From Desulfatiglandales bacterium (GTDB taxonomy: Bacteria; Desulfobacterota; DSM-4660; Desulfatiglandales; Desulfatiglandaceae), in assembly GCA_963666345.1 (NCBI GenBank), contig OY762721.1, positions 1,696,001 to 1,760,000 of the forward strand: a stretch of DNA of 64,000 bases, given 5' to 3'. Every line of letters starts with the position of its first letter. Within the stretch, counting starts at the first letter, position 1. Shown here in pieces: positions 37,672-48,083 of this stretch. Both the position numbers and the translations under genes were made by a program. The notes below the pieces were generated by a model that was given only the letters and a program-made list of their open reading frames with translations, was not told the origin of the DNA and made no database searches.

Positions 37672-39087
37672 TCATCTCACAGGTTTCGATTCCCAGAAAT
37701 ATGTGCAGACCCCTTCACGGTCCGTTATCTCATCCCAGGGGGAGTATCTCCTGAAGGTCATCTCCACCGGCATGCCGACAGTTATGTTTTCACTGTCCGC
37801 CTCCGTCATATAACTCTGGATCCTTCCTCCCCCCTCGAAATCGACCTCGGTTGTAACTACAGGTATCTCAGCTCTGGGAGTAATATAATCCAGGTTATAG
37901 GTGAAGATCCTGCCCTTCCTGCCTATGAAGCTGTATTGCTCCATGCAATCTCTTTCACGGCATTTGGTGCAGACACGCTGCGGGGGATACTGAACATACC
38001 CGCATGACAGGCACCTTGAACCATGAAGGCTGACGGTTCGATCGTATTCCCTTTTCGCCGCAACCGCCGAGTATGCCGCGTGAGGCCCGGCCGCCTTTTC
38101 AATGGGGATTATGCCTCTCCACCTGAGATACCTCATGTAATCGTCGACCACCCTCCTGGAACCGCTGTGCCCTCCGATCCCCATGCTGTTTTCTCTTGCC
38201 TTTTCAATATTGCCGTTAACCTTGAAAGCGAATGCATCCGCGCCGTTTCCGTAACCCGCACAGAGTATAAGTTCCCCTTTTGATGATTGCTCAAGGGCCG
38301 CGACCAGCCCCATGAGCACGGAAGCGGCCCCTGTATCGCCTATAGAGTCTATAAGGGGGTCCTGGAGCTGTTTTTCGACGTCAAAGCCGAGGGATTTTGA
38401 GAGCTTGACACCTCGTCTGCCGTCCGGGCTGTAAAGACAGACACGGTCAAAATCATCCGGCTTGAATCCGTATCTCTCCATCAATCCCCTTATCGCCTTG
38501 CCCATGGACGGCAGATAGCCCTGTTCAACGGCGAAACGGCTCTCCCAGCTTCTCACGTATCGATCATGGTGGCTTCTCCATACATCTATTATCTCGTTGT
38601 ATACATGGAAACTTCCTTCAAGGGTCACGGCCGCATCCTTGTCTCCCAATAATATCGCGGCAGCGCCGTCTCCCAGGTTTTTTTCCTCCATTGATCCCGG
38701 GTGACCCAGCCTGCAGTCCGAGGCCACCACCATGGCGGATCTCGTTGAGCCTGCCATGACGCTGTCAAAACCCGCCTTGAGGGCCGCGGTACCGGCGCGC
38801 AGGCAGTTGCCGAATTCGGCGGTGTAGGTCTGCTCCCTGAAGTCGGAGGCCATGGCAATGGTGGTAGCCGATGAATGTTCCCTGTACGGGGCTGAAGTCG
38901 TGCCGAAATAGATCGCTTCAACACTATTTCGGTCCCTTCCCTTGAGACAGTCACTGACCGCCTCCACCGCCATCGTTACGCTGTCTTCGTCAAAGCTGCA
39001 GATCGCTTTTTCTCCCCTGCCGCCTATGACTTTCCTGTCCAGTCTGAAAAGCGGGACATATGCGCCGAATGATGTAATTCCGACCAT
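37672..39087 (-). CDS. HMG-CoA-synthase-like domain fused to a DUF35 Zn-ribbon/OB fold (thiolase partner)
   Basis: DEDSVTMA, GDGAAA, IGDTGAA and YGNGAD, then CLSC..PPQRVCTKC and GMPVEMTFRR. Confidence 0.85.
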   Translation of the reverse strand: MVGITSFGAYVPLFRLDRKVIGGRGEKAICSFDEDSVTMAVEAVSDCLKGRDRNSVEAIYFGTTSAPYREHSSATTIAMASDFREQTYTAEFGNCLRAGTAALKAGFDSVMAGSTRSAMVVASDCRLGHPGSMEEKNLGDGAAAILLGDKDAAVTLEGSFHVYNEIIDVWRSHHDRYVRSWESRFAVEQGYLPSMGKAIRGLMERYGFKPDDFDRVCLYSPDGRRGVKLSKSLGFDVEKQLQDPLIDSIGDTGAASVLMGLVAALEQSSKGELILCAGYGNGADAFAFKVNGNIEKARENSMGIGGHSGSRRVVDDYMRYLRWRGIIPIEKAAGPHAAYSAVAAKREYDRTVSLHGSRCLSCGYVQYPPQRVCTKCRERDCMEQYSFIGRKGRIFTYNLDYITPRAEIPVVTTEVDFEGGGRIQSYMTEADSENITVGMPVEMTFRRYSPWDEITDREGVCTYFWESKPVR

Positions 39088-39096
39088 GTGGTACTC

Positions 39097-41118
39097 CTAT
39101 TTTGTGTATTTCGGTTTCCGCTTCTCCAGAAAGGCCGTGATTCCCTCTCTGGCTGCATCGGTGCAGGCAATCTCCCCAAAGCCCCGGTATCCTATTTCAA
39201 GCGCATCCCCGAAGTTTTCCGCGGCGGCGCCCTCTTTTATGGTCTTGACCGCTATTTGAACCGCTTCATTGCTGAGTGAAAGCCTTCCCGCCTTCGGTTC
39301 CGCCGGGACTGCGATTTCCGGTATATCCACCTTCCCTTCCCGGATCACTTCGACCTTTCCCTCCAGTTCCTTTACCTCTTCGACGGCGGCCATGATATTG
39401 CTGCGGTAATCCTCCGTAATTGTCCTAACCATCCCGATTTGCCTTGCATCCTCGACTTTGATCGATTTTCCAAGGGTTATCATCTCATGAAACAGCCCGG
39501 CGCCTTCCGGCCACTTTCTATAGGGTACGATACAGCCTCCGATGCCCGGAATTATCCCCAGGGTGATTTCAGGGAACTGGAATCTTGCGTTTTTCGTCGC
39601 CGTCATGCCGTGGCACCTTATCGCGACCTCAAGCCCGCCTCCCAGGGCAAGCCCGTTTATGGCGGCGACAACCGGTTTTTTCATGCGGTCCATATGGAGC
39701 TGTACCTTGGCGCACGCCCTGGAGTATTCGATTGACGCGTCGGCGTCTCCCAGCATTTCGGGAAATTTTCCTATATCGGCCCCCGCGGAAAAGGCGCTGT
39801 TTCCGTAGCCTGTAATTACGAATCCCTTTACCTTGGGATCTTCTTCGTAAAGTTTCAATGCGGAGAGGATCTCCTCTGTTATCTCGTCGTTCAAGGCGTT
39901 CATGGCCTGCGGCCTTCTTATGGTAATGACCTTTACCCCTTCGATCTCATCGACAAGAATATGCCGAAAAAAATCCTGATAAGCATCAACGGGTTGTTTT
40001 GCCTCAGGAAAACCCGCTCTTTGACTTTTAAACAGGCCCATTACCTTTTTCACTTCTCCTTCACCCAGATCTTTCATGATGTCAAAGGGGCCCTTTTTAA
40101 ACCCGAGCGCTATCTGGCATCCCATGTTGAGATCCGCATTTGTGCCTATTCCCCTGTCAATGATATCAAAGGATTGTGAAAATAGTATTCCCAGCATTCT
40201 GTTTCTTACAAAGGATGCCGTCTCATCCGGGACCTCCACCTTTGCGCCGGGACGATGGGTCAGCCATTTTTTAACGGACCCAAGGATGCCCGCGGGTTTG
40301 TAATGTGCACTCTCCTCCATCTGAAGTGAATTCGTCTCTATGATTATGGGGTTACCGTTGGCCATGTTCAGAACGAAGAAGGGGCCGGCAAAAACGAACT
40401 CCTCAGCGACCTTGTCTATCTGAGAGGCGGTGGCCCTTTCAAGAAGGTAAGCGGCCTCGTTACACCAGTTATCGAATACGCGGTCCAGCATGAAACATAT
40501 TGCGTTGTCCGTAATAAGAGGGACCTTCCCCGTCTGTGCGAAAAACCAGAAAAGGTAATCCATAACCTCTTTGCTTACCCTCTCCCAGCTTATTACCTCA
40601 ACCGGAAGACTTCGCCATGCTGGAGCGAAAAAATGCGTCACGGTTGTTCTTTCCTGCCTTTTCATATTGCAGAAGATCCTGTCGGCGGGTATTGAACTCG
40701 TGTTTGACGTGATGATAGTCTTCTCACTTACTATTCCTTCGATAGTCTCAAATATTTTCCGCTTCAGGGCGATGTTTTCCGTAGCAGCCTCTATGACAAG
40801 CTCGCAGTCCTTCAATCGCTCGTAATCTGTCGTGTACACTATGTTTTCCAGAACCGCGTCGGCCTTTTCCTGCTTCATCTTTCCCTTGTCAAGCGCCTTT
40901 GCGACATACCCCGAAAACCTTTCCCGAGCCTTTTTAAGGGGCTCCTCGACTATGTCGACGACATACAGGGTAGTTGCCGGAAGGGCGCTTTTGAGATAAT
41001 AACCGATATCCGGTCCGATCGTACCGGCTCCCACCACCGCCACTTCCCCGGGCAGGGCAAAAGGTTCGACCAGAAGGGGGTTATGATATGAATGGTACAG
41101 GCTCTTTGCTTGATCCAT
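39097..41118 (-). CDS. 3-hydroxyacyl-CoA dehydrogenase / enoyl-CoA hydratase fusion (IaaP-like)
   Basis: GAGTIG, EAATE, SNTSS and HFF in the N-terminal half; FSAGADI, GGGLE and PEITLGIIPG in the C-terminal half. Confidence 0.9.
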   Translation of the reverse strand: MDQAKSLYHSYHNPLLVEPFALPGEVAVVGAGTIGPDIGYYLKSALPATTLYVVDIVEEPLKKARERFSGYVAKALDKGKMKQEKADAVLENIVYTTDYERLKDCELVIEAATENIALKRKIFETIEGIVSEKTIITSNTSSIPADRIFCNMKRQERTTVTHFFAPAWRSLPVEVISWERVSKEVMDYLFWFFAQTGKVPLITDNAICFMLDRVFDNWCNEAAYLLERATASQIDKVAEEFVFAGPFFVLNMANGNPIIIETNSLQMEESAHYKPAGILGSVKKWLTHRPGAKVEVPDETASFVRNRMLGILFSQSFDIIDRGIGTNADLNMGCQIALGFKKGPFDIMKDLGEGEVKKVMGLFKSQRAGFPEAKQPVDAYQDFFRHILVDEIEGVKVITIRRPQAMNALNDEITEEILSALKLYEEDPKVKGFVITGYGNSAFSAGADIGKFPEMLGDADASIEYSRACAKVQLHMDRMKKPVVAAINGLALGGGLEVAIRCHGMTATKNARFQFPEITLGIIPGIGGCIVPYRKWPEGAGLFHEMITLGKSIKVEDARQIGMVRTITEDYRSNIMAAVEEVKELEGKVEVIREGKVDIPEIAVPAEPKAGRLSLSNEAVQIAVKTIKEGAAAENFGDALEIGYRGFGEIACTDAAREGITAFLEKRKPKYTK

Positions 41119-41254
41119 TTGTAATCTCCCGTTGATGATTGGAATCTTTCAATCTACCTGTTGTGGAAACTCATCCCTTGAAAAACCGGTATACAGTACA
41201 CAAGGAACAAATATCAAAAAAAGAGGCACCGATGACCCGCTGCCTTCCCTGGCA

Positions 41255-42982
41255 CTATATATTTGCCTTTAAAGAATCCCTGTTTCTTACGGTTGATTCA
41301 AATTCCAGATCGACTCCGCCGTCATCAAAAACCGCTCCATATTCAGACACGGCTTTCTCAACGCTCACGTATCCGTCGTAGATATCCTCCTGAAGCGATT
41401 CCAGTTCCCGCTCGAGGGGGTCTCCGAATCCTCCGCCACCGGCCGCATCCATTACGATTTCGTCACCCGGGCTCAGTTGAGTGAGCCCGTAAGGGTTTCC
41501 CCGGCCGCCGTTTACGAGGAATTGCGCCTTTGTCCCGTCTTTTCCTCCAAAGAGCCCCTCCGGCGGATATCGGTACCTTCCCGACTGAATGCCCAGGTTG
41601 ACCGGCGGTCTGGGCGCGTACTCGTCATCAGGTACTTCGATAACGACTCTTCTTCCAAGTCCGCCTTTCATCTTCCCCGGCCCTCCTGAATCTGTAATCA
41701 CGGACCGCTCCTTTATGATAAGCGGAGTGTCGCTTTCAAAAATCTCTACCGGGGTATTTGCACCGTTTGCGGGGAAAATAAAGTCATAGTAACCGTCATT
41801 TGATGAGCTGGCCCCCATGCCCCCGCCCCTTATTATGACGGAGTGCCAGGGGCTTCCCTCGCCTCTTTTCCCGTAAAACACATTCATGGTCGCGGGCGTG
41901 CCGCCGCTTCCGGCAATCACCCTGTCCGGTAAGGCCTTGGCCATTGCCCTGTAGATTATCTCGGTCATAAAATGGCCGATCTGCATGCGTGCGGCTACGG
42001 CAGCCGGAAACCTGCAGTTTACCACACTTCCCTCGGGGGCCTTCAGGCTGATGGGAGATGCGCAACCGTCGTTGTTGGGTATTTCAGGATCGAACATGCT
42101 CTTCATTGCCATAAACACATAGGCATAGGTAAAGTTGTACACCACGTTTCCGCCCCATTCTACCTGGCCCGAGGAACCTGCCAGATCCACCGTGATGTCG
42201 CTGCCTTTGACCTCGACCGCCACATGTATCTCTACATCCTCCTTCCCTTCCATCTGCTCCACAATGCCTTTTGCCCTGTATATGCCGTCCGGGACCTTGG
42301 AAATGGCCTCCCGCATGCTCTTCTCTGTCCTGTCTATAATCTCGTCGGCTATCTCATCAAGGCCGTCCATTTTATAATCATCGAGCATCTGCTTTATCTT
42401 TTCGGCACACACGTGATTTGCCGCAATCTGGCTCCTTATGTCGCCCGTTACCTCATCGGGTGTTCTCACGTTCCATCTTATCATTTCCATTACCGCTTCA
42501 TTCAGTATCCCTGCCTCATAGAGCTTTACAAAGGGGATAAAAAGGCCGTCTTCAAACACGTCATGATTGTCCGAGGAAACCCTGCCTCCTATGTCGGAAT
42601 GATGAAACACACAGGCGGTAAAAGCGGTCAGCTTTCCCTTGTAGAAGATGGGACTCATTACGCATACATCGTTGAGATGCCCGGCCAGCGCCCATGGGTC
42701 GTTCGTGATGAACACGTCGCCGTCTTTGCACTGTCCGGGGGACAGATTATTCACGAGGTTTTTTATGCCCAGGGCCATCGCCCCGGACTGGCCGGGTGTG
42801 GCGAAGCTGCCCTGCGCCAGTTCTCTTCCCCTCCTATCGGTAAACATGCAGGTATAGTCATGGGCATCCCTTAAAAGGCTCGAAAATGCGGTTCTGGCTA
42901 CAGATCCGTCCGCTTCGTCTACCACGGAAATCAATCTTCTCCAAAGGATTTCCAATGTTATGGGATCAAAGGTCAGACCCAT
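41255..42982 (-). CDS. Hydantoinase B/oxoprolinase subunit (Iaa hydantoinase-like)
   Basis: RTAFS, NDPW..GHLND, HHSDIGG, NTPVE, DSGGPG and GGGGFGDP. Confidence 0.9.
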   Translation of the reverse strand: MGLTFDPITLEILWRRLISVVDEADGSVARTAFSSLLRDAHDYTCMFTDRRGRELAQGSFATPGQSGAMALGIKNLVNNLSPGQCKDGDVFITNDPWALAGHLNDVCVMSPIFYKGKLTAFTACVFHHSDIGGRVSSDNHDVFEDGLFIPFVKLYEAGILNEAVMEMIRWNVRTPDEVTGDIRSQIAANHVCAEKIKQMLDDYKMDGLDEIADEIIDRTEKSMREAISKVPDGIYRAKGIVEQMEGKEDVEIHVAVEVKGSDITVDLAGSSGQVEWGGNVVYNFTYAYVFMAMKSMFDPEIPNNDGCASPISLKAPEGSVVNCRFPAAVAARMQIGHFMTEIIYRAMAKALPDRVIAGSGGTPATMNVFYGKRGEGSPWHSVIIRGGGMGASSSNDGYYDFIFPANGANTPVEIFESDTPLIIKERSVITDSGGPGKMKGGLGRRVVIEVPDDEYAPRPPVNLGIQSGRYRYPPEGLFGGKDGTKAQFLVNGGRGNPYGLTQLSPGDEIVMDAAGGGGFGDPLERELESLQEDIYDGYVSVEKAVSEYGAVFDDGGVDLEFESTVRNRDSLKANI

Positions 42983-42993
42983 TTTTCCCTCCT

Positions 42994-45081
42994 CTAATTT
43001 TTTATATCAACCCAGAGAAATCCGTACCGGTCCACTGAAACATCCGCGTCTTCTCCCACTATCACGGTCGATTCACGTTCTTCTATAATAGCGGGTCCCG
43101 GAAAACAGGCGCCGGGAAACAATTTGTACCGGTCATAAACGGAAAAGGGGATGAAATCCTTGGCGATCCCGGAGTAGGCGTTTCTTTTCCCCTTGATCGC
43201 GTTTTCAAGGTTTGTTTCCGCCGCATCCAGCATGGGCAGATTAAGCAGACGCTCGGGAAGGCTTGCACGCACCTTGAAATTGATGAATTCCACCGGTGAA
43301 TCAGGGTATGTTCTTCCGTAAAGCCTTTCATAGATATCGTCAAAGCGTCTTCTTACATCCTCTTTTCTCACATCCGTGAATCTGCTTTCAGGTACGGGTA
43401 TGTTTGTCTCGGAACCCTGCCCGACAAAACGAACATCCGCTGATCTTTCGAACTTTATTCCCTCGGTCCCCGCCGTCTGGAGAGTCCTGGCGCCCTCCTG
43501 TTCCATTTCCCGGTAAATGGCTTCTATCTCCTCGAAATCCGCGTCGTTTAGGCCCGTCTTGTGGCTCCTGACCAGGTCGAAAGCCCTGGGAGCGGTAAAA
43601 AACCCGAGGGCGGAGCCTACGCCCGCGTTCGGCGGCACTATGAGCCTTGCCGCGCCCAGCTTCTTTGTAAGCCCGTAGGCGTGAACAGGTCCGGCACCTC
43701 CAAAAGCACTCACCGTTACCACCTTGGGATTCCCGCCTTTTTCAGCGATGTGGGTCTTGGCGGCCGCCGCCATTGTCTCGTTTATCAGGTCATGTATGCC
43801 CCATATCGCCTGAATCAAAGACACGCCCAGGGGCCCGGCTATTTTTTCCTCTATGCCCTTTTCCGCAGCCTCCCTGTCCAGGCTCATCTCCCCTCCCAGG
43901 AAATAGTCGGGATCAAGATAACCAAGGAGGAGATCCGCATCGGTCACGCCGGGATCTTTTCCTCCCCTGCCGTAGCAGATGGGGCCCGGGTCCGCGCCTG
44001 AACTTTCAGGACCTACCTGAAGGGTTCCCATTCTGCTCACCTTGGCTATGCTTCCCCCGCCCGCCCCTATTTCCATAAGGTCGACCACCGGAACCTGAAT
44101 GGTGAGTCCGCTTCCTTTCATGAACCGCTGAACCCTTCCCACCTCGAAGGTGGGTACCACACCGGCGCTTCCGCCCTGAATAAGGCAGGATTTCGCGGTC
44201 GTGCCTCCCATATCAAAACAGAACATCTCCGAGATATCGAAGAGTTTGCCGTAATATTCACCTGATATGACGGCTGCGGTGGGACCTGATTCAATTATCC
44301 TGACGGGAAACTCCGCGGCGGTCTCAACCGAGGTGATACCCCCGCTTGAAAGCATTATGAAAAGTTTTCCGCCCGAGCCGATATCCTCCAGCCTCTTTGA
44401 AAGTCTTGAAAGATATCTTCCGGTGAGAGGTTTTACATAGGCGTTGGTTACGGTCGTGCTGGTTCTTTCATACTCCCTGATCTGAGGCAGGACTTCGTAT
44501 GAGATAGAAACGGAAATCTGAGGCGCCTTTTTTTCGATTATCTCTTTTATCATGAACTCGTGGGCCGGGTTTTCAAAGGAGTTGAGGAGGCACACGGCTA
44601 TCGATTCGACCCCCGTTTCAAGCAGCCTTTCCACACACTCCTGCGCCTCCTCCCGGCTGAGCGCCTTGAGAACCGTGCCGTCGCTTCTGACTCTCTCATC
44701 CACTTCGAACCTGAACCTTCTGGGGATAAGAGGTTTTGGAAATTCGGCAAAGACGTCATACGGCGCGTACCGTATCTCTCTTCCAAGCTCCAGGACGTCC
44801 CTGAACCCCTTTGTCGTGATCAGGCCCGTTTTCGCCCCTTTTCTCTCAATAATTGAATTTATAACCAGGGTGGTGCCATGTATGACCTCGTCCAGTTGCG
44901 CCACAAAGCCATTACGTCGGGCCTCCAGCTCCCTGATACCCTGCTCCACGGCATCTGAAGGGTCGCTGGGAGTAGTAAGGCATTTGTTAATGGTTATCTC
45001 GCCTGTCTTATCATTCAATAATACAAAGTCTGTGAAGGTTCCTCCTATATCACAGCCAAGTCTGTAATACTTTTCAGACAT
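42994..45081 (-). CDS. Hydantoinase A/oxoprolinase ATP-binding subunit (Iaa hydantoinase-like)
   Basis: DIGGTFTD, HGTT, EYERTST, DMGGTT, IGAGGGS and FGGAGP. Confidence 0.92.
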   Translation of the reverse strand: MSEKYYRLGCDIGGTFTDFVLLNDKTGEITINKCLTTPSDPSDAVEQGIRELEARRNGFVAQLDEVIHGTTLVINSIIERKGAKTGLITTKGFRDVLELGREIRYAPYDVFAEFPKPLIPRRFRFEVDERVRSDGTVLKALSREEAQECVERLLETGVESIAVCLLNSFENPAHEFMIKEIIEKKAPQISVSISYEVLPQIREYERTSTTVTNAYVKPLTGRYLSRLSKRLEDIGSGGKLFIMLSSGGITSVETAAEFPVRIIESGPTAAVISGEYYGKLFDISEMFCFDMGGTTAKSCLIQGGSAGVVPTFEVGRVQRFMKGSGLTIQVPVVDLMEIGAGGGSIAKVSRMGTLQVGPESSGADPGPICYGRGGKDPGVTDADLLLGYLDPDYFLGGEMSLDREAAEKGIEEKIAGPLGVSLIQAIWGIHDLINETMAAAAKTHIAEKGGNPKVVTVSAFGGAGPVHAYGLTKKLGAARLIVPPNAGVGSALGFFTAPRAFDLVRSHKTGLNDADFEEIEAIYREMEQEGARTLQTAGTEGIKFERSADVRFVGQGSETNIPVPESRFTDVRKEDVRRRFDDIYERLYGRTYPDSPVEFINFKVRASLPERLLNLPMLDAAETNLENAIKGKRNAYSGIAKDFIPFSVYDRYKLFPGACFPGPAIIEERESTVIVGEDADVSVDRYGFLWVDIKN

Positions 45082-45172
45082 AAATGCCTCCCGAATCTAC
45101 ACACTGCGAAACGCCGCATTTTAGATAGGATCTGAATGCCTCGTGAACGATAAAAAGGGTATCAACATTCAT

Positions 45173-47569
45173 TCAACAGACGTTTTTTTTCTCTTTTATA
45201 GCTGCCAGGACCTTCTCCGGAGTAATCGGAAGATCCCTCATCCTTACTCCTATGGCATCGTATACCGCGTTTGCGATAGCCGGGGCGGTCGGAACCAGTC
45301 CCGGTTCACCCACTCCCTTTGCCCCGAAAGGACCGTCTTTGTCTTCCGGCTCTATTATTACCGGTTCAATAGGGATCACGTCTTTTGCCGTAAGGATCTT
45401 GTAATCCCGGAAATTGTTATTAACCACCCGTCCATTCTCAAGCTTCAGTTCCTCGGTAAGCCCGTAGCCTACCCCGGTATAAACGGCCCCGTATACCTGG
45501 CCCAAAAGGAGAGTAGGGTTGATGGCCTTTCCCACGTCATGGGCTGCGACGAGTTTTAAGATACTGATTTCCCCGGTCTCCTCATCCACCTCCACTTCCA
45601 CACCCGTGGTTCCGAATGCGTAAGTGCAGGAAAGATTTCCCTTCAGCTCACGGTCCAGCATCTCCGTGGGAGGATCGTAAAAGGCATCCGCAGTAATCAC
45701 CTTGCTCTGCCCTGTTCCAACGTGCAGTCCCGCCCGAAGTATCCTGCTGACCTCCATTCTGAAATGCTCATTTTCAGGATCGCTCTTACAGAAGATAACC
45801 CGGTCTCTTATATCAAGGTTTTCAGGATTCGAGATAAGGGCGTAGTCGAGTTGCGGTTCGGCGAAACCTGGATCTTTTTTCTTTTGTTTCTTGAAGCCCT
45901 TCTTTATCATCAGCGGCATTTTTTCCGCCGCCATCTCGAGGATCTGTTTTTTGGCCTTTTCGCAGGCCAGTATGGCGGCGTTTCCCGCCATAAAGGTATG
46001 CCGGCTTGCATGGGTCCCGGCATCCCACAGGCAGAGACGGGTATCCCCGAATGTTATCGAAACGTCTTCAGGTCTGAACCCTATGGCCTCTGCCACCATC
46101 TGGGAAATGACCGTAGGAGAGCCCTGGCCCTGATCAGTGCCGCTTTCGATGACATCGATATAGCCGTCCTCATCGACCTTGACCGCTATGCCGTGACCGT
46201 CCGACTTATAGACCCTTGCTCCGCCTGCCACGTGTATGAGGGAAGCCATCCCGACACCCCTGCCCTTCTTGGGCGCCTTTTTTTTGTCATCCCAGTTGAG
46301 CCGCTCCTTAACGGAGTCTATGCACTCCTTCAGGCCGCACGTGGTAATCTTGAGCCTCATAGGGGTCTCCTCCCCCTCCACATTGCGGTTTATCGATCTG
46401 AATTCCGCCGGATCAATGCCCGCTTCGTTTGCAAGCGTGTCCATGGATGTCTCTACCGCAAAGCTTGCCTGTGGATTTCCATAACCCCTCATGGCCTGGC
46501 AGTAGATATTGTTGGTATAAACACACGTCGCCTTGAAGCTTACATTGGGCACCCTGTAAAGAGAAGACATGGGCATCATCATTACGGAGGGAGTGGTAAC
46601 CCCCCAGGATGTATATGCGCCGTTATCCAGCAAGGCTGAAGCCTTCCTGAAGGTAAGCCGCCCCTGTTTATCACATCCCTGTTCGATATCAAACAGGGCC
46701 GGCTGCCTCGGGGGCAGGGCCATGAATTCTTCCTCCCTCGTAAAAAGTATCTTAACCGGTCTTCTGGTCTTCAGGGCCAGCTGTATGCATATGAATTCAT
46801 AGATATCCGTATCCAGCTTTGTCCCGAAGCTTCCGCCCACCACCGGATTTACCACCCTTATTTTTTTATTTTTCAATCCGATCTGTGCGAAGTACTCGGT
46901 GATTCTGCCTTTGTCGCCGAATATGACATTTGTCTGATTGTAGAGGGTAAGGTTGTTGTTGCTGTCGAATTCGGCAATGCATCCGCTTGTACCCATGCAG
47001 CACTGGTTTACCCATGTGGTGCTCACACTGTCCTTTACCACGTAGGCGGAGTTTTCCTTTCCCTGATCGATATCACCACTTTGGAATCTCCAGGGGATTG
47101 GAAGGACGTTACTCCTTACGGGCTTGCCTCTTGCGTCTGTTTCATGGATGAGCGGGGCGGCCTCCGCCATGGCTTCATAAGGGTCGAAGACCGCCGGCAG
47201 TTCTTCATACTCCACCTTTATAAGGCTTACGGCCTCCTCCGCAATATCAGGACTTATGGCCGCAACGGCCGCTACTTCGTCTCTGTACTGACGCACCTTG
47301 TCCTTCTTTAAAACCGTCTGATCCTTGAAGAATCCGACTCTGACGTCCGGGATATCACGGCCTGTAAGTACCGCCCTTACACCGGGAAGCATCTCAGCCG
47401 CCGAAGTGTCCACATTTATGATTTTGGCGTGGGCGAAATCACTGTAGAGGATCTTGCCGTAGAGCATACCTGGTCTCTTCAGATCATCAATATAAACGGC
47501 CTTGCCGGTAACCTTTTCGGTTTCTATCGTTCTGGGGATACTCTTTCCAATGTAGAGATGCTCGGACAT
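45173..47569 (-). CDS. Xanthine dehydrogenase family molybdopterin-binding large subunit
   Basis: KVTGKA, GGSFG, AMRGYG, DQGQG, HASR and GAKGVGE (catalytic Glu). Confidence 0.92.
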   Translation of the reverse strand: MSEHLYIGKSIPRTIETEKVTGKAVYIDDLKRPGMLYGKILYSDFAHAKIINVDTSAAEMLPGVRAVLTGRDIPDVRVGFFKDQTVLKKDKVRQYRDEVAAVAAISPDIAEEAVSLIKVEYEELPAVFDPYEAMAEAAPLIHETDARGKPVRSNVLPIPWRFQSGDIDQGKENSAYVVKDSVSTTWVNQCCMGTSGCIAEFDSNNNLTLYNQTNVIFGDKGRITEYFAQIGLKNKKIRVVNPVVGGSFGTKLDTDIYEFICIQLALKTRRPVKILFTREEEFMALPPRQPALFDIEQGCDKQGRLTFRKASALLDNGAYTSWGVTTPSVMMMPMSSLYRVPNVSFKATCVYTNNIYCQAMRGYGNPQASFAVETSMDTLANEAGIDPAEFRSINRNVEGEETPMRLKITTCGLKECIDSVKERLNWDDKKKAPKKGRGVGMASLIHVAGGARVYKSDGHGIAVKVDEDGYIDVIESGTDQGQGSPTVISQMVAEAIGFRPEDVSITFGDTRLCLWDAGTHASRHTFMAGNAAILACEKAKKQILEMAAEKMPLMIKKGFKKQKKKDPGFAEPQLDYALISNPENLDIRDRVIFCKSDPENEHFRMEVSRILRAGLHVGTGQSKVITADAFYDPPTEMLDRELKGNLSCTYAFGTTGVEVEVDEETGEISILKLVAAHDVGKAINPTLLLGQVYGAVYTGVGYGLTEELKLENGRVVNNNFRDYKILTAKDVIPIEPVIIEPEDKDGPFGAKGVGEPGLVPTAPAIANAVYDAIGVRMRDLPITPEKVLAAIKEKKNVC

Positions 47570-47586
47570 TGCTTCCTCCTGTGGTA

Positions 47587-48069
47587 TTACTCTTTTTCCC
47601 TGCTCATTGCGGCCGCATTTTCTATCGCCTCGACTATCTGAACATATCCCGTGCATCGGCAGATATTCCCTGCGATAGCGGTCCTTATTTCATCCTCCGT
47701 GGGATCGGAGTTCTCCTTGAGTAGAGACTTGGCCGACATGATCATACCGGAAGTACAGAAACCGCACTGAACTCCGTTGTTTTCCAGAAAGGATCTCTGC
47801 AGCGGGTCAAGGGATCCATCCTGAGAAGCAAGCCCCTCAATTGTCGTGACCGATTTACCCTCAATCTCAAAAACAGGATACAGGCAGGAGTTTACCGCGT
47901 CTCCGTCTACCATGACCGTACAGGCTCCGCATTCGCCCACTCCGCAACCCTCCTTTGCCCCGGTAAGTTCGAAATACTCCCTCAGGGTTCTAAGAAGCGA
48001 CCAGGTGGCTGGAACTTCAGCGGTCACGGGATCACCGTTAAGGGTAAAAGGAATTACCAGTTTTTTCAT
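47587..48069 (-). CDS. Xanthine dehydrogenase family [2Fe-2S] small subunit
   Basis: GCGVGECGACTV, QCGFCT and NICRCTGY. Confidence 0.93.
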   Translation of the reverse strand: MKKLVIPFTLNGDPVTAEVPATWSLLRTLREYFELTGAKEGCGVGECGACTVMVDGDAVNSCLYPVFEIEGKSVTTIEGLASQDGSLDPLQRSFLENNGVQCGFCTSGMIMSAKSLLKENSDPTEDEIRTAIAGNICRCTGYVQIVEAIENAAAMSREKE

Positions 48070-48083
48070 TTCAATCTCCTTTG

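Noticed and set aside
41972..46639. Long plus-strand ORFs (e.g. 41972-42874, 45722-46639; also 21208-22041, 55716-56489)
   Set aside because: Antisense shadows of well-supported minus-strand genes, with no motifs.
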